Assembly: GCF_041260155.1 (NCBI RefSeq)
Contig: NC_091937.1
Span: forward strand, 6,640,626 to 6,704,625
Length of the DNA stretch: 64,000 nt
Source: Ptychodera flava
Taxonomy: Eukaryota
Direction of reading: 5' to 3'
Shown here: positions 38,001 through 49,890 of the stretch, piece after piece
Layout of the letters: each line of letters opens with the position of its first letter
How positions within the stretch are numbered: position 1 is the stretch's first letter
The notes under the pieces: generated by a model
The model's input: only the letters and a program-made list of their open reading frames with translations
Databases searched by the model: none
Told to the model about the DNA's origin: nothing
Made by a program: the position numbers and the translations under genes

Positions 38001-39290
38001 GCTACTATAGACTATAGTCTATAGAAGCTATGGGATGGGTACCGTCCGGCGTCCGTCGTCAGTCTGTATGTATGTATGTATGTATGTATGTATGTATGTA
38101 TGTCCGTTTGTGAGGCGTCCGTCCACTCAAATATCTTGAGAACCGCAGTACTTACTGATTTGATATTTGTTGTGTAGATGAAAAATACGATTTTGAAACT
38201 ATTTTTTTTAACTTTTTGATATTGTTGAAAATAGGCAAATTAATGCCAAAAAAGGTGTTTTTGGTAAAAAATCTTCTTCTTCATAACCGCTGGTCAGACA
38301 GCTTTGTTATTGGTATACAGGTCCCTAGGGGTAACCCAACTTAGACTTGTTCAAATTGTGATGAAATATGCAAATCTGTATTTTTAAGGAATTTTTTGTC
38401 ATTTTTGGTCAAAATTTGACTTACATTGTATGTAATTCTTGTACTGTATAAACCCTATCAATTCACCCAGAAAAAAATAATTAATATGATTTTAAATAAT
38501 TGAATTAATTAGGAAATCATCAAAGGCAAAATAATTTTAGTGTAGAATTATCAGAAAGTTCAACTTTTTGACGTTTGACAGTTCATAGTGAAATGCTTAC
38601 CATCTTAGAGGATTAAAACATGTAAAGGCAACTTTCCTGAATCCCAACTTTGACATATTCTGAACCGTCATTTATTGTGCCCTGTATGTTATCTCAAAGA
38701 AATTGCTCAAAATAGTCAATAGAGATAGAGATAGAGAAAGTTCTAATTTCCATTTATGGTTGACTTGGTAAGGATAAAATAAAATTACTTTTTGAGGAAA
38801 AAAATAGAGTGGTCAATTAAAAGAGTGGTCAAAGTGATAGGGTTTTTATGGTAAAGCTGGGCTGTACAAAGATTCCTCATGTGCTATTTATAGCAATTAT
38901 GCAATCTGTGTAAACAGTGCAATGAAAGTGTAACATGATTCCTTATAATGCTTTTGATGACCTTGAACTTCTTAAGTTTCAAACCTTTGTCTCTTCAGTG
39001 TGCTTTCTCTGAGTATGTACAGTCTCAACTTATTAAACAGAACTTACAATGTTAATCAAAGATATCCACCTTCTTCATCAATACATGTGTCACAAAAGGT
39101 TATTCTCTACATAACTCAACAGAGCTCTGTCAACTGTTGAGTTGCTTGTTCTTTCAAAACCGCTGGTCAGACAGCTTTAATATTTATTTACTTGTCCGTA
39201 GGATGACCTTAGTGAGATAATTTCATACAGTAAGGAAATACTTAATTTTGTATCCATGTCTATAGTAGCTTCAGGGACTTTGGCCCTATT
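38001..39290. mobile_element. family A copy in PARP4 intron 17: head, (TGTA)n at 38065-38101, tandem units, about 650 bp of unrelated internal sequence, then the conserved tail at 39050-39140
   Basis: ccgtccggcgtccgtcgtcagtc(tgta)n ... ggtaaaaaatcttcttcttcataaccgctggtcagacagctttgttattggtatacagg ... tail aaagatatccaccttcttcatcaatacatgtgtcacaaaaggttattctctacataactcaacagagctc. Confidence 0.55.
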
Positions 39291-40092
39291 CGTTTTTCTT
39301 GTAAGATACTTTTTGTTTACAATGAAATGTAGTCTGGGTCACAAGAGCTCATTAACATAAGATTATTGTATAATGTTTTCTGTATTACACTGCAGTGCAA
39401 ATACCAATTGTACATGCACTCCAATGCAAGTAAACTGTGGTAATACACATATTTTCACCAACCAACAAAATCTTAAACATTCCACCCAGAAATGATATTA
39501 TGAACATGCATTTCCTATACTTTAAACAGAAAACCAACAAGAACCAACTTTTCATTCTCAAAAAAGTCATGAATGTAGATAGAACTACTAATAGAGTAAT
39601 TATTAAACATTTTGTTGATATTCTTTCGGCAAATGAAATATAACCAGTAATGAGTATAATGTGAAGTCTCAAACATTTTTCATATGTTGGCTAGAGCGTG
39701 ATGAATATCTTCAGGAAGCATGTTTTTTACTGTACAATGTTACAGTTATTAGGGTACTGATACCTACACAGCAGAAGTAATTTGTCTGGTGTATTTGACT
39801 ACCGAAATGATGAAAAATCTGTGAGCTAAAAATTTACTGCTTTCAAGTCATTTGTCCAAATTTCCTCATGCAGAGATAGTCCCTTGCCACCGCAGATCGA
39901 CAATTGAGTTGTTCTAAAATTTGCCAGGAAAGTCAAGTATGTCTCTATCAGCACTCATTTACTCAAATTGTATGTAGATGAACATTAGACATAGTAGACG
40001 TAAGCTCAAGGTGGAGAAAGTTTACTTTTCCCCCTGTAGTAATGGTACTTTTAAATTCATTATCTCATTCCTTGCAAATTGCCTTTCTACAG

Positions 40093-40360
40093 CATTTGAT
40101 GAACTGTTCCCAGACAGCGTTCCAAAAACCAAGGAGAACGCTAGGAAAGCCCAGCAGTTTGTCCGGTCGGCTCGCATCCGAGCCAACATGGGCAACACAG
40201 ACGTTTGGCGACCCCTTCTGTTATTTCTTCAGTTCAGCCCTTCTACCGGCCAACGCAATGTGTTCCTGATTTCTGATGGGCATATCAACAATGAGAAAAT
40301 GACACTGGATAAAATTCATCAGAACAATCAACATACCAGAGTCTTTACCCTTGGTGTCAG
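40093..40360 (+). CDS. PARP4: PARP4-like exon 18 (vWA): TFDELFPDSVPKTKENARKAQQFVRSARIRANMGNTDVWRPLLLFLQFSPSTGQRNVFLISDGHINNEKMTLDKIHQNNQHTRVFTLGV
   Basis: Acceptor tcattccttgcaaattgcctttctacAG and donor AG|GTAAAA. Human: GYKELFSYPKHITSNTMAAEFIMSATPTMGNTDFWKTLRYLSLLYPARGSRNILLVSDGHLQDESLTLQLVKRSRPHTRLFACGIG. Confidence 0.9.
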
Positions 40361-40744
40361 GTAAAACACTTGCTCCCATCAATTTATTTTTTATCTTGTT
40401 TATTTGATTCTGTCGTTTTGGAATATCCCGTGCCATTTGTCCACTTGTGACTCATGTATTGCGAGAGTACTGTACTGATACTGCTGTAGACTAGCTTGCC
40501 CTCACGTTGCATTTAGACTATACTATATGCTTTTAATTCTACCCCACACTGCCTGTAGTCTACCCTAACATTGCCTTTTGAGGTACATCTCAATATCTCA
40601 TGTACTGCAGAATTCTACAAGCAAAAGTGAATTCATTCAAATTGATGACCATCCCCTGACCCTGAGACTTGGTATTGACATCAATTTCCAAAGAATTCAT
40701 TCATGTGATGATTTGTGATATATTGTTTGAAGTTCCTCATTAAG

Positions 40745-41073
40745 GTAAAATGTAAAAATTTGCTCTAATTTCCCTAAATGAAACTTTCAACCATATTCTT
40801 ACCAATCAAGAATAAAATCAGGAGTCACTATGTAAAGTTTGGTAGTAGAGGGTGAACCAACAACCTGACATTTACCAATATTTGAAATTCAAAATGGCTG
40901 CCATTCCTAGCTGTGTTAACCTTATGAGGAAAAATAAAATCTTTGATTTAAAAAAAAACTGCAATAGCGAAATTTTTCTTACTGTAAGAGCTTTAAAAGA
41001 AACACCCACAAGAGGTAGATCACAAAATTGTAAAAATTTGAGTCTGATATCTGTCCCCAAGGCTCGTTGAAAG
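40745..41073 (+). mobile_element. SINE-like family copy (plus)
   Basis: aaaatggctgccattcctagctgtgttaaccttatgagg ... ctgtccccaaggctcgtt. Confidence 0.7.
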
Positions 41074-41182
41074 ACTGATCATTACAAAGCCAACATTTTA
41101 TTAAATTAAATGTAAGCAGTGTATAGGGCTTTCAGATTGTAAACAATTGACAAACAATATCTTCTCTTTTAATTTTTCACAG

Positions 41183-41282
41183 CTCAACTGCAAACCGTCA
41201 TCTGCTGCAGTCCATGGCCAGGGTTGGAGCTGGTGCCTATGAATACTTTGATAATCAGACAAAATCAAAGTGGGAGAGAAAA
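41183..41282 (+). CDS. PARP4: PARP4-like exon 19 (vWA end): (S)STANRHLLQSMARVGAGAYEYFDNQTKSKWERK
   Basis: Acceptor ttctcttttaatttttcacAG and donor AAA|GTAAGA. Human: STANRHVLRILSQCGAGVFEYFNAKSKHSWRKQ. Confidence 0.9.
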
Positions 41283-41900
41283 GTAAGACACTGTTCTCCT
41301 CTGGAACATTTAGTGACCCTGAAACTTCACACACCTAGTCTCTTGTAGACAATCTAGACTTCACAGTCCCTTGTCAAACCTTCCAACACTTTATTTACTG
41401 TCAATGAACTTCAGATGCCCAAGTATCTTCACAAACTCTTAAGCATCAGTCTGTCTTTGAACTTATAGATATCTTTGTCTTTCCTAAAAATTTGAAGACA
41501 CCCCTATTCTATGTTCGTCAGGGTATCTTGTCATATTTTGAGAGACTTATCTTTTCAGAACTCTCAAACACATTGTCCTTGAGAAGTATACAAATAGAAG
41601 GTTGTTGATTCCATGATCGGACATAAATGTATCACTTGAGCTTTGTCATTCCTAAATATAGGAAGAAAACAATTTTTGAATCATAAGCTATGATTTATTA
41701 ATGGCACAGTACCTGGTTATTTTATGTACCTGGAGAAATTATGGTGAATTTAAATTTTCCGATCAAAATTCCAATCAAACCTGAAATGTTTTCATAATTG
41801 AGACTTGATTATAAAGGCCTACCTCTGTCAGAGAAAAACATGAGATAATACAGTAATTCCAGTAATGTTAAACATTTCTATCTGTGATGTTTTACTTCAG

Positions 41901-42071
41901 GTGAAATCCCAACTCCAGAAAGCAGCGCAACCTGCTTTGACATCTGTCAGTGTTGCCTGGCAACAGTTTGATAATGATGCCCCCAAGCCAATTCAGGCAC
42001 CCAATCAAATTGTCTCATTGTTCAGTGGGTCAAGGCAGGTGGTCTATGGTTTTGTACCATTCTGTACACAG
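41901..42071 (+). CDS. PARP4: PARP4-like exon 20: VKSQLQKAAQPALTSVSVAWQQFDNDAPKPIQAPNQIVSLFSGSRQVVYGFVPFCTQ
   Basis: Acceptor tctgtgatgttttacttcAG and donor CAG|GTAAAA. Human: IEDQMTRLCSPSCHSVSVKWQQLNPDVPEALQAPAQVPSLFLNDRLLVYGFIPHCTQ. Confidence 0.9.
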
Positions 42072-42790
42072 GTAAAACATCTTTATGCAAATCATGTTTA
42101 ATTTTTATCTGCTAATTTAAAAAGATAAGTTTATTCTGCTTAATTCAACAGTGAAGCATTCATTGGGCTTGGAATACTGTCAATATTATATCTTACCAGA
42201 AATCAGATTTGTAATTTTCCACCACCATATCAACAGACTTCAGGGCAATATTTTTTAATGCCTACAGTGTTCTTGTAGATATCAATGTTGGTGACTACCC
42301 CCAGGTTTTACAGTGCCAGCCATTTGAATTGCATGTAGAAATGAACAAACATGTCATTGTCATATTGTTTTCTTGAAATTTTCACAGACTTGATACAAAG
42401 AGCTATTCTTGGAAATCTATTTAAAAGTAGAGTGAACATGCTAGACTGTAAGATAAAATTCTTTACAAATTCACGCAAATAAATCTGTAAGTTTTTCTTT
42501 TACAACCTTTTGATTTTGATTGTATCTAATATTTGATGTACGTGTACCCATTCACTGGTGGTTGTTGAATTGTGAAAATCTGTTTGCTTTCTTCATTTAC
42601 AGGAATATTTTGTGAGCCATAACTATTCATTAAAATTCTTTAATAACAACTGGGGTCAGACGATCACTTATTGAAATATATCATCAACATGATTTGTCTG
42701 TTGCTAAATTACTGTAATTTCTCATTATATACCTCAGCTCATGGGTTGGTCATGTGGTTTCTCTGATGTGTAAACTTTCTGATATTTCAG

Positions 42791-42871
42791 GCCACACTGA
42801 AAGCAGAGATTGACCATAAAGACGTTTCTACAATGGTGTCTACAGCTGATCTTAACATCACCCAAGGAAAG
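42791..42871 (+). CDS. PARP4: PARP4-like exon 21: ATLKAEIDHKDVSTMVSTADLNITQGK
   Basis: Acceptor ctttctgatatttcAG and donor AAG|GTAATG. Human: ATLCALIQEKEFRTMVSTTELQKTTG. Confidence 0.85.
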
Positions 42872-43154
42872 GTAATGATGAAATGAAAAATGTTTATTGA
42901 CTGTTTCATTCAAAAGTAATAAATGTGTTTTATTGCTGATTGATAAGAAAAGGTGTTCTATTTTGATAGTGTACATGTCAACCAAAATTGGGAGAGTAAT
43001 TAAAAAGCAAAGTTGTTACTATTTTTGAATTATTTTCCAGTTTGTCATTGTCTTAGCTGACCCTAAAAGTTTTTAAAAACAACTTCATGCTGTACATGAA
43101 TGTTTCTCTGTACCATTAGTTTACCATGTTCTTGTAACTTGGTCTTTACCCAAG

Positions 43155-43337
43155 ATCCTTCACCAACTGACAGCACGCGCCATTATCAGAGACTGGGAAG
43201 ATGGGACATTAAATGTGAACAGAACTGAGCATGAGGTGATGAAAAGTGAGCAGAAGGCATACATCATCAATATCAGCAAAGAATATTCCATTGTGACACA
43301 GTTTACAAGCTTTGTTGCCATAGAAACTAGAGAGCCG
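43155..43337 (+). CDS. PARP4: PARP4-like exon 22: ILHQLTARAIIRDWEDGTLNVNRTEHEVMKSEQKAYIINISKEYSIVTQFTSFVAIETREP
   Basis: Acceptor cttggtctttacccaAG and donor CCG|GTGAGT. Human: MIHKLAARALIRDYEDGILHENETSHEMKKQTLKSLIIKLSKENSLITQFTSFVAVEKRDE. Confidence 0.9.
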
Positions 43338-43814
43338 GTGAGTATGCTAGAAGTCTCTCTCCCCTTTTCTTTTTATCAGCCATGATAAGTTACTTTTCAA
43401 AAAGAGAAATTTGTGTAAGAAAAGGAAATAAAAATGCCACCTTTTAATAGCTTGTACAACTCTCAAGGACATAAAATTGTAAATTTTGCAGAGAACATAA
43501 TTTCACAAGCATCTCCCTTTTAATGAAAAACTTTTTAAACATTATGTCGTGTTTTAAGTAATAGAAACCAATAACTGTATGCAGTAATTTCTCTAAATTG
43601 TGAATTATGCACACTACGAGCTTATATGGATGAGTATCCTATACTTTCTAGTGGTATTCAAGTACTGTAGGTGTTTATTATTATTTCAAGTTTATGAATC
43701 ATTCAAGAAATCTTCAGTCTGTGAAACACAGTACATTGTATTTGGTACAGTCGGTGCTTGCTGCAGTTTGACAAGTTAAATGATAATTCTGAAAAATTAT
43801 GTTAAATTTCTCAG

Positions 43815-43931
43815 GCTGAAAAGTTACTGGGGCCATGGGGTCCCAGCATAGAAGAACTGGTTTCAAAGGAGAATGTAGACAGTCTGCCATATATGGGATT
43901 TGAAGAGAAAGTCAGAAAAGAAAAAGTGGAG
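43815..43931 (+). CDS. PARP4: PARP4-like exon 23: AEKLLGPWGPSIEELVSKENVDSLPYMGFEEKVRKEKVE
   Basis: Acceptor atgttaaatttctcAG and donor GAG|GTAAGA. Human: ...IPKVSELIAKEDVDFLPYMSWQGEPQEAV. This is the last exon with clear PARP4 homology. Confidence 0.75.
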
Positions 43932-44148
43932 GTAAGATCTCTGTTTGTTCTTTTGTTTGTATTTATGCTCATTGTACACTCTGAAATATGATCTCTTTCT
44001 GTGAATTAGCCATGCTAGCTCAAAGGTCGCTTATTCTTGGGCAGATAGAAAACCACCTGTTTTTACAATATTTTAGCTCCCATTAGCTGCGCGCAAATGT
44101 GTAAAGAATGTTTTCTGCACATAGTGGATGTATGTACTGGTAGTAAGC

Positions 44149-44377
44149 TTAACCCTTTGAGTGCCAAAGTCAAATTTTGTCGCCTTTATAAATATACCCC
44201 AGTCAAATTTTTCAGATATCTGCCAAACTTTTGATAAAAACTGCAGCCAATGATTTGTGATGTCCGTTTGGTCCAAAATTATTAACAAAAAATAATAATG
44301 CTGAAAAATTTATAAAAATTGATAAAATGTTGCACTAAAATTTTGGTGGGAAAAAATTACAGCACTCAAAGGGTTAA
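44149..44377. mobile_element. piggyBac-like MITE (~221 bp) with 16-bp terminal inverted repeats CCCTTTGAGTGCCAAA / TTTGAGTGCT..GGG and flanking TTAA target-site duplication
   Basis: gcTTAA|CCCTTTGAGTGCC ... GCACTCAAAGGG|TTAAgtt. The TTAA duplication and CCC... termini are the piggyBac hallmark. There is no internal ORF. Confidence 0.7.
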
Positions 44378-44389
44378 GTTAGGGTTTTA

Positions 44390-45560
44390 GGTCAGGTGAC
44401 ATTTGTGTTGAACGTACGCGTTCGATGAAGGTCTAGTCCGAACTTTCGTGTTAATTCTTAAATAGACCAAATAATTAGAGAAAATGAAACTGTAGTGTTG
44501 AAGATTATTATTTTAACTTCATTTTGGGGAATTTTCACTTTTGTACTACAATAAATGGCAAAGCAGTACGAGTACAAACTCACGCGTACCGGCGATTTTG
44601 GCGTCCATTATGAGCGTTGTGCCGTGATCTCAAATGTCCCGCGAAGGAGATCGAATATATACCTCTTTGGTAGGCTCTCCGCATGACTTATTCTGATCGC
44701 ATCACTATTTTTTAGGGATGGTACGAAAGTAAAGATCATGGGCTTCATTTTGAGGGGGCGAACGTTAAAATCAGCCGAGAAAAACTCAATCTGTGATCAA
44801 ACTTTGTGTTTCGTTTGTGTTTTTTTGGAAGAAAATCTTGATTTCCTTAAACGTTCGGCCCAAAAATTAATTTTATGATAAATATTACTTGTAATTCTGC
44901 AATAATTACGAGTCTGACGATGCGAAAAATGATGCTTAAGGCCCTTTTTAGCGAGTATGGTTTCACCCCAACTTTACATCCGGGCACTCCCAGGAATCAC
45001 ATACAAGTAATCAGCGCTTCGCCGCATGTTCTGTGTCAGGAGGTCTAAGCTGAGTTCCGTCGTTCACGATTTTGCAGCTAGATTTGTCTGATTTCTTATC
45101 TAACGCAAGGAACTAGAGAAATATACTTTACCTTTCAAACGTTATCTTGTTCGAAGTAGTTTGATTTCCGGGTGATATTTTTCGATAGACACTGAGAAGT
45201 TGTCAAGCCAGCACTGCAGTGTAGGCATACGCACGTGCACCGCACTTTGCCGATACTATACTGAACTGCTCACGTGCACCGCACTTTGCCGATACTATAC
45301 TGAAATTTTAGTTTCGATCTTTAGTTCCCGAGAAGGGGACTATATTGGTTCTCTCTGAAGAACAAGGCCGTAGATTATTAATTTGTTCTTTCCTCATTGA
45401 TGGTGTTCAGGACTTTGGAAAAGTTGGTTTTTATTTCGGACCGCTGACTTCAAGGGTCTATGGTATTTCCGGGGCAGCGTAATTTTGCATCCAGTTTTAA
45501 TGCATTTGTTCATTCTATAAATGCGTGTTGCTGTTTTACGGCATAGACAAAGGGTTGAGA
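44390..45560. other. CpG-rich, non-repetitive island inside the intron downstream of PARP4 exon 23; contains a 35-bp direct duplication (gcacgtgcaccgcactttgccgatactatactgaa at 45237 and 45275)
   Basis: Many CG dinucleotides (acgtacgcgttcgatg, cgcgtaccggcgattttggcgtcc, ccgcgaaggagatcg), whereas the flanking introns are CpG-poor. It has no similarity to the other repeat families in the window. Confidence 0.4.
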
Positions 45561-46718
45561 ACGAAGTTTTTTTTACTTTTTGGAAAAGTTCTTCATAATT
45601 GTTAAACTTAAAATCTACATTAATCAGACATATTTCATAATCATTTAATAAAAGTTGTAATCACACACAAAAAATTAAAAAAATTTCCGAAGTTCAAATT
45701 AAAAAAAAATATAAAAAAATATTTTGTTAAATTCAAATCAAGTTCTAAAATGTCACAGGTATCATTTGATTGTTTACAGGTATTGTTGTTTATTTGTTTA
45801 CCTTGTAAACGTAAATCTAAATAACTTTTCATATATGCAAAGTAATATATGATGGAATATGATTATCATATTTCTGTTGATGTTCACAATACATAATGCA
45901 TACAGTGATCAATGTCACAGGTATCATTTGATTGTTAACAGGTATTGTTTATTTGTTTACCTTGTAAACAGCATTCTATATAATATTTTTCATTTATAAA
46001 AATTAAAAACCATTGAACATTTCATCAGCAATATCCACAAAAAATTTCATCAATTTTCAATAAGAAATGCTTGAGTTATTGCAAAAAGCACTAGAAATTG
46101 CAATTCTAGTTTCCTCAAACAATGTTCAGTATGGGGTCACCTGGTTGTTATGATAACTACAGGTGTCTACCATGGCATAATTTCTAAATAGGAAGCCGAT
46201 TTTTGTCAAATTCAACAGGGCATATCTCTGCACGTTCTGAACCAATTTTCATCAAACAAAATGCAATCAATTGGTCTTGAAGAGAGCTTTCTTTTGATAT
46301 ATAATTTATCATTATTGTAGCTGTCTATCAATTTCATGTAAAATCCCTAGTTAAGTAAGTGTGTAAGAAAGAAAGTGAGCAATAAGTACATGAAAATCGG
46401 TAAGTAACTGGTATGTATCTATGAATTTTCACTATCTACTGCAAAGTTAATGTGCTTTCTTCTCTTTCATAAACTTTGTGATATTCATAATCTCAGTTCC
46501 AAGTAATGTTAATTTTGATCTCTGTATGTTCTTCCCGTGTTAAATGCTGATGTACATGGAAATGGGAATGCCATCTGGAATTTAATATATTTGCTTTGTA
46601 CTGTATTGCTCATACAATATGAAATCACCCGTATCATTTGGCTTTCCTTGTGCTCACTTCAAACTCAAATGTTCATTTACTAAAGATACCAATTCTTTCT
46701 CTGTTTGAATGTGAATAG

Positions 46719-46868
46719 TTGAGTGGTGAAGAACTACTCAAGGACTTACTGGAGAAAGCAGAAACAAACCAACGTCTGTCCATCATTCTGCAAGCAGAGA
46801 GAGGCTATCAAGAAGCATATGATGTGGCTGTGAAAGACTTGCCGACAACTCATCCACTCAGACTCAAA
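46719..46868 (+). CDS. exon with a 14-3-3-like segment, in phase (0) with exon 23: LSGEELLKDLLEKAETNQRLSIILQAERGYQEAYDVAVKDLPTTHPLRLK
   Basis: Acceptor ttctttctctgtttgaatgtgaatAG, with an in-frame stop immediately upstream in the intron. Donor AAA|GTAAGC. AYDVAVKDLPTTHPLRL matches the 14-3-3 helix AY(K/Q)(A/E)A..I...(L/M)(P/Q)PTHPIRLG. Confidence 0.5.
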
Positions 46869-47303
46869 GTAAGCATTCTGTTCCCATCTTTCTGCTGTGT
46901 TTCCTCAGATCCAGTATTGTCTATTGCATTTCTTTTGAGACTGGTCCATTTCATTTCTGAATGGGGTAGAACCGACCTTCGTAAGGCTGCAGCACTGGTA
47001 TCAAAGACTTGCCATCCAAATGTAAGAGACACAAAATATGCCAGTAACAGTGTACATGGGGTATTTTGGTGGAGATCAGATTTACTTTACGTTTCATTTG
47101 GTGTACTTGACTCATAAATAAGAATGGAAAGTTATTCTATATCATTTTACAATCAAATAAGCACAACTCATATAATGTCACTAATATTTTTGTCAAAAAT
47201 GATGCTCAAGTTATCTCCTCTACGATCTTATTAGCTCCATGATTTTCTACTTTCCTTCATCAAGTTTTGTTACTGTTTTTGATATCCATCCTTTTACTTT
47301 CAG

Positions 47304-47388
47304 GCTGCCTGTTCACTTGCCAAGTTTTGTTTGGATGTTCAAGGCGACAAAGACAAAGCAGAATCCATCGCAAAACAGGCTTTTGACG
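47304..47388 (+). CDS. 14-3-3-like segment continued: AACSLAKFCLDVQGDKDKAESIAKQAFD(g)
   Basis: Acceptor catccttttactttcAG and donor G|GTAAGC. ACSLAK is an exact match to the 14-3-3 helix EKACSLAKTAFDEAIAEL. The preceding LALNFSVFYYEILNSPE helix is missing. Confidence 0.5.
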
Positions 47389-48052
47389 GTAAGCACTTGA
47401 TGACATACATTTAATTTTTCACCGAAAAACATTATTTTTCACACATTTCTTTGTAAAGGGATAAAGTGACAATCACTTCATTCTATTTGTCATTGCATTC
47501 GAGGCCAGCTAATGGACATTTTGTAACATATTCAAAGAGTGGTCAAAACTATACCTTCAACTCTTTATAAAGTCAGAACTCATTTTGAAATGGCATAATT
47601 TCTGATAAAATGAATATGCAATTAAGCTATCGCTGACTTTGACCTGTTCATCCCTGGTTCCTTGTAAACAGGTCTGTGCTCTCTATTGATAACAGTGGGT
47701 TTGGACCAAACCATGGTGGTGAAAGGGTTAATGGTGTAAAATCATGAGCTGACAGTGCAGTCCCTTTTATGCAACAGTCATACCACCCTGATACATCAAC
47801 ATTGTTTGAACTCACAGTTAATTAAAAAGTAATTATTAAAGATTATCTCAGCATGTGAATATCGTGAAACACTTGGATATTGCCCCGTCTGTTTATGTCT
47901 GTTTATCCTTCGTGAAAATGGTACTACATACTGTGTTTTACTTTTACTACAATATGTATGTTGCTAATAACCTTCATGTGTTGAAAAGAGAATAAAAAAT
48001 GTTGATTCGAATTTTATGATGGAGTTTACATGGTTGAAAGTTTACTTTACAG

Positions 48053-48128
48053 ACAGCATATCTGAGTTGGATACATTGAGTGAAGATAGTTATAAGGATT
48101 CAACTCTGTACATGCAAGAACTGAGAGA
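48053..48128 (+). CDS. 14-3-3-like segment continued: (D)[24 protein letters not shown](ga)
   Basis: Acceptor gtttactttacAG and donor GA|GTAAGT. Phase 1 in and phase 2 out. It matches the 14-3-3 C-terminal helix [26 protein letters not shown] at 17 of 24 residues. Confidence 0.55.
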
Positions 48129-48989
48129 GTAAGTCTTTGAAATTATCTTTATTTGTACAAAATATTTGTTTGAAAATATGATTATGGAATATGTTCATGA
48201 ATCAACATATATGGCTTTTATTCCTAATACAAGTGTATTCATTGACAGTCCAGTTGCAGGCAGAGATGTGTATGGTCAGGTTAATTTGTTTGGCAGTCCA
48301 TTCGTTGTATTGTGTATGTATGTGTGTCCTTCCGTATTGAGTCAATACCAACATATGCCAAGACCAACGTCTGTTGAACCGAGTATGAGGAGAGTGCATT
48401 GAGATGCTCACTTAAATGTAATATTGTTCTGCCATTGTATTCAATATGGTATGCCAGGCACCCATTTTGTTGTGATTTATTTCCTTCACATAGTTATGAA
48501 CAAGATATGCCACATATGGCTAGATATGTTCCCTTGAATGTTGAAAGAAAAAGCACACAATGTTACTCTTAATAGTGTATCTGTTTGTGAACTTGTTTTG
48601 CAATACAATCCAAAGTGGTCACTTGTAACCTATGTCCTTGACTTTCTCACTGATACCTCCTATACTAAATCACATTTTTATGTCAACAACATCACTTTTT
48701 AGTGTCCCTGGACTGTGTCCCTGAGGACTTATATAGGTTTGATCATGTCCGTGTGTGGGGGCGTGCTCGCGTGCGTGAGTGCGTCCATTCACGCAGATAT
48801 CTCAGAGATGCCTGGAGCGATTTCATTCACACTCTATTCCAAGATTACTCCCTATGTCATACATGTGCACGTTGATTTGTTTTGTGATCCGATCCAATAT
48901 GGCCGTGTGATGGCCATTTTATTTAAAAAGTGGAGACTATGTCATTGACAATGACTTTTTAAAAAGAGCTCTGTTTCTGGAGCGTGTGA

Positions 48990-49890
48990 TTGCACTAAAC
49001 TTAATAAAACTTTGAGCTCTAAAAGCACACAATGAGGCATGTCAGTATTGCATCAATTAATTGCTAATTTGCACATTTGATGAACTTTTGTAATGAGGGT
49101 GACATGTCCAAAATACTACAGCAAATTTGATGAAACTTGGTAAAGATCTTTAACACACAGTCTCATAATAGTGTACAAAGACATGTAGCAGTGACATGCT
49201 AATTTGCATGTTTGACGAACTTTCCTAATTTGTAAGCTATGTCCAGAAACATTGCATCAAATTTGATGATACTTGGTACAGATGTTGATCTTTCAGTACT
49301 GTAATACTATGTAAAGACATTAAGCAGTATCATGCTAAATGATTGCTAATTTGCATTTTTGGTGAACTTTTATAATTAGTGTGATTTGTATAGAAATGCT
49401 GCATCAAATTTGATGAAAAGTGCTACAGATGTTGATCTCCAGGAGTGTTATGGCATGTAAAGATATGCAGTAGTATCATGTCAATTAATTGCTGATTTGC
49501 ATGTTTAATGAATTTTCGTAATTAGGCTCATATGTCAAGAAATGGTTCATCAAATTTTATGAAACTTGATACAGATGTTAAGCTCACATTGCTTTAACAG
49601 TGAATAAAGACATTCAGCAGTGTCATGTTGATTAATTTGTAATTTTCATATTAGATGAACTTTCCTAATTAGAGTGATATGTCCAGAAATACTGAATCAA
49701 ATTTGATGAACTTGGTACAGATGTTGATCTCAGTACTGTAATACCATTCATTGACACTTAGCGGTATCGTTTATAAAATGTGGTACAGGTGATAATCTTT
49801 CAGTGTTATAGTAGAATGCAAAAATGTTTGGCAACATGCTGTCGATTAATTATTGACTTATTTAATGACCTTTCGTAATTAAGTTGGCAG
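48990..49890. repeat. ~145-bp tandem repeat (about 6 units) in the intron between the 48053 and 50601 exons
   Basis: Recurring ...catcaaatttgatgaaacttggtacagatgttgatct...gcagt.tcatg.t.attaattgctaatttgcat.tttgatgaactttcctaatt.... Confidence 0.7.

Noticed and set aside
46869-47303. Read-through of ORF 46719..47117 into the intron as extra coding sequence
   Set aside because: A consensus donor lies at 46869, and there is no homology beyond it. The downstream 14-3-3-like exon is reached only by splicing.
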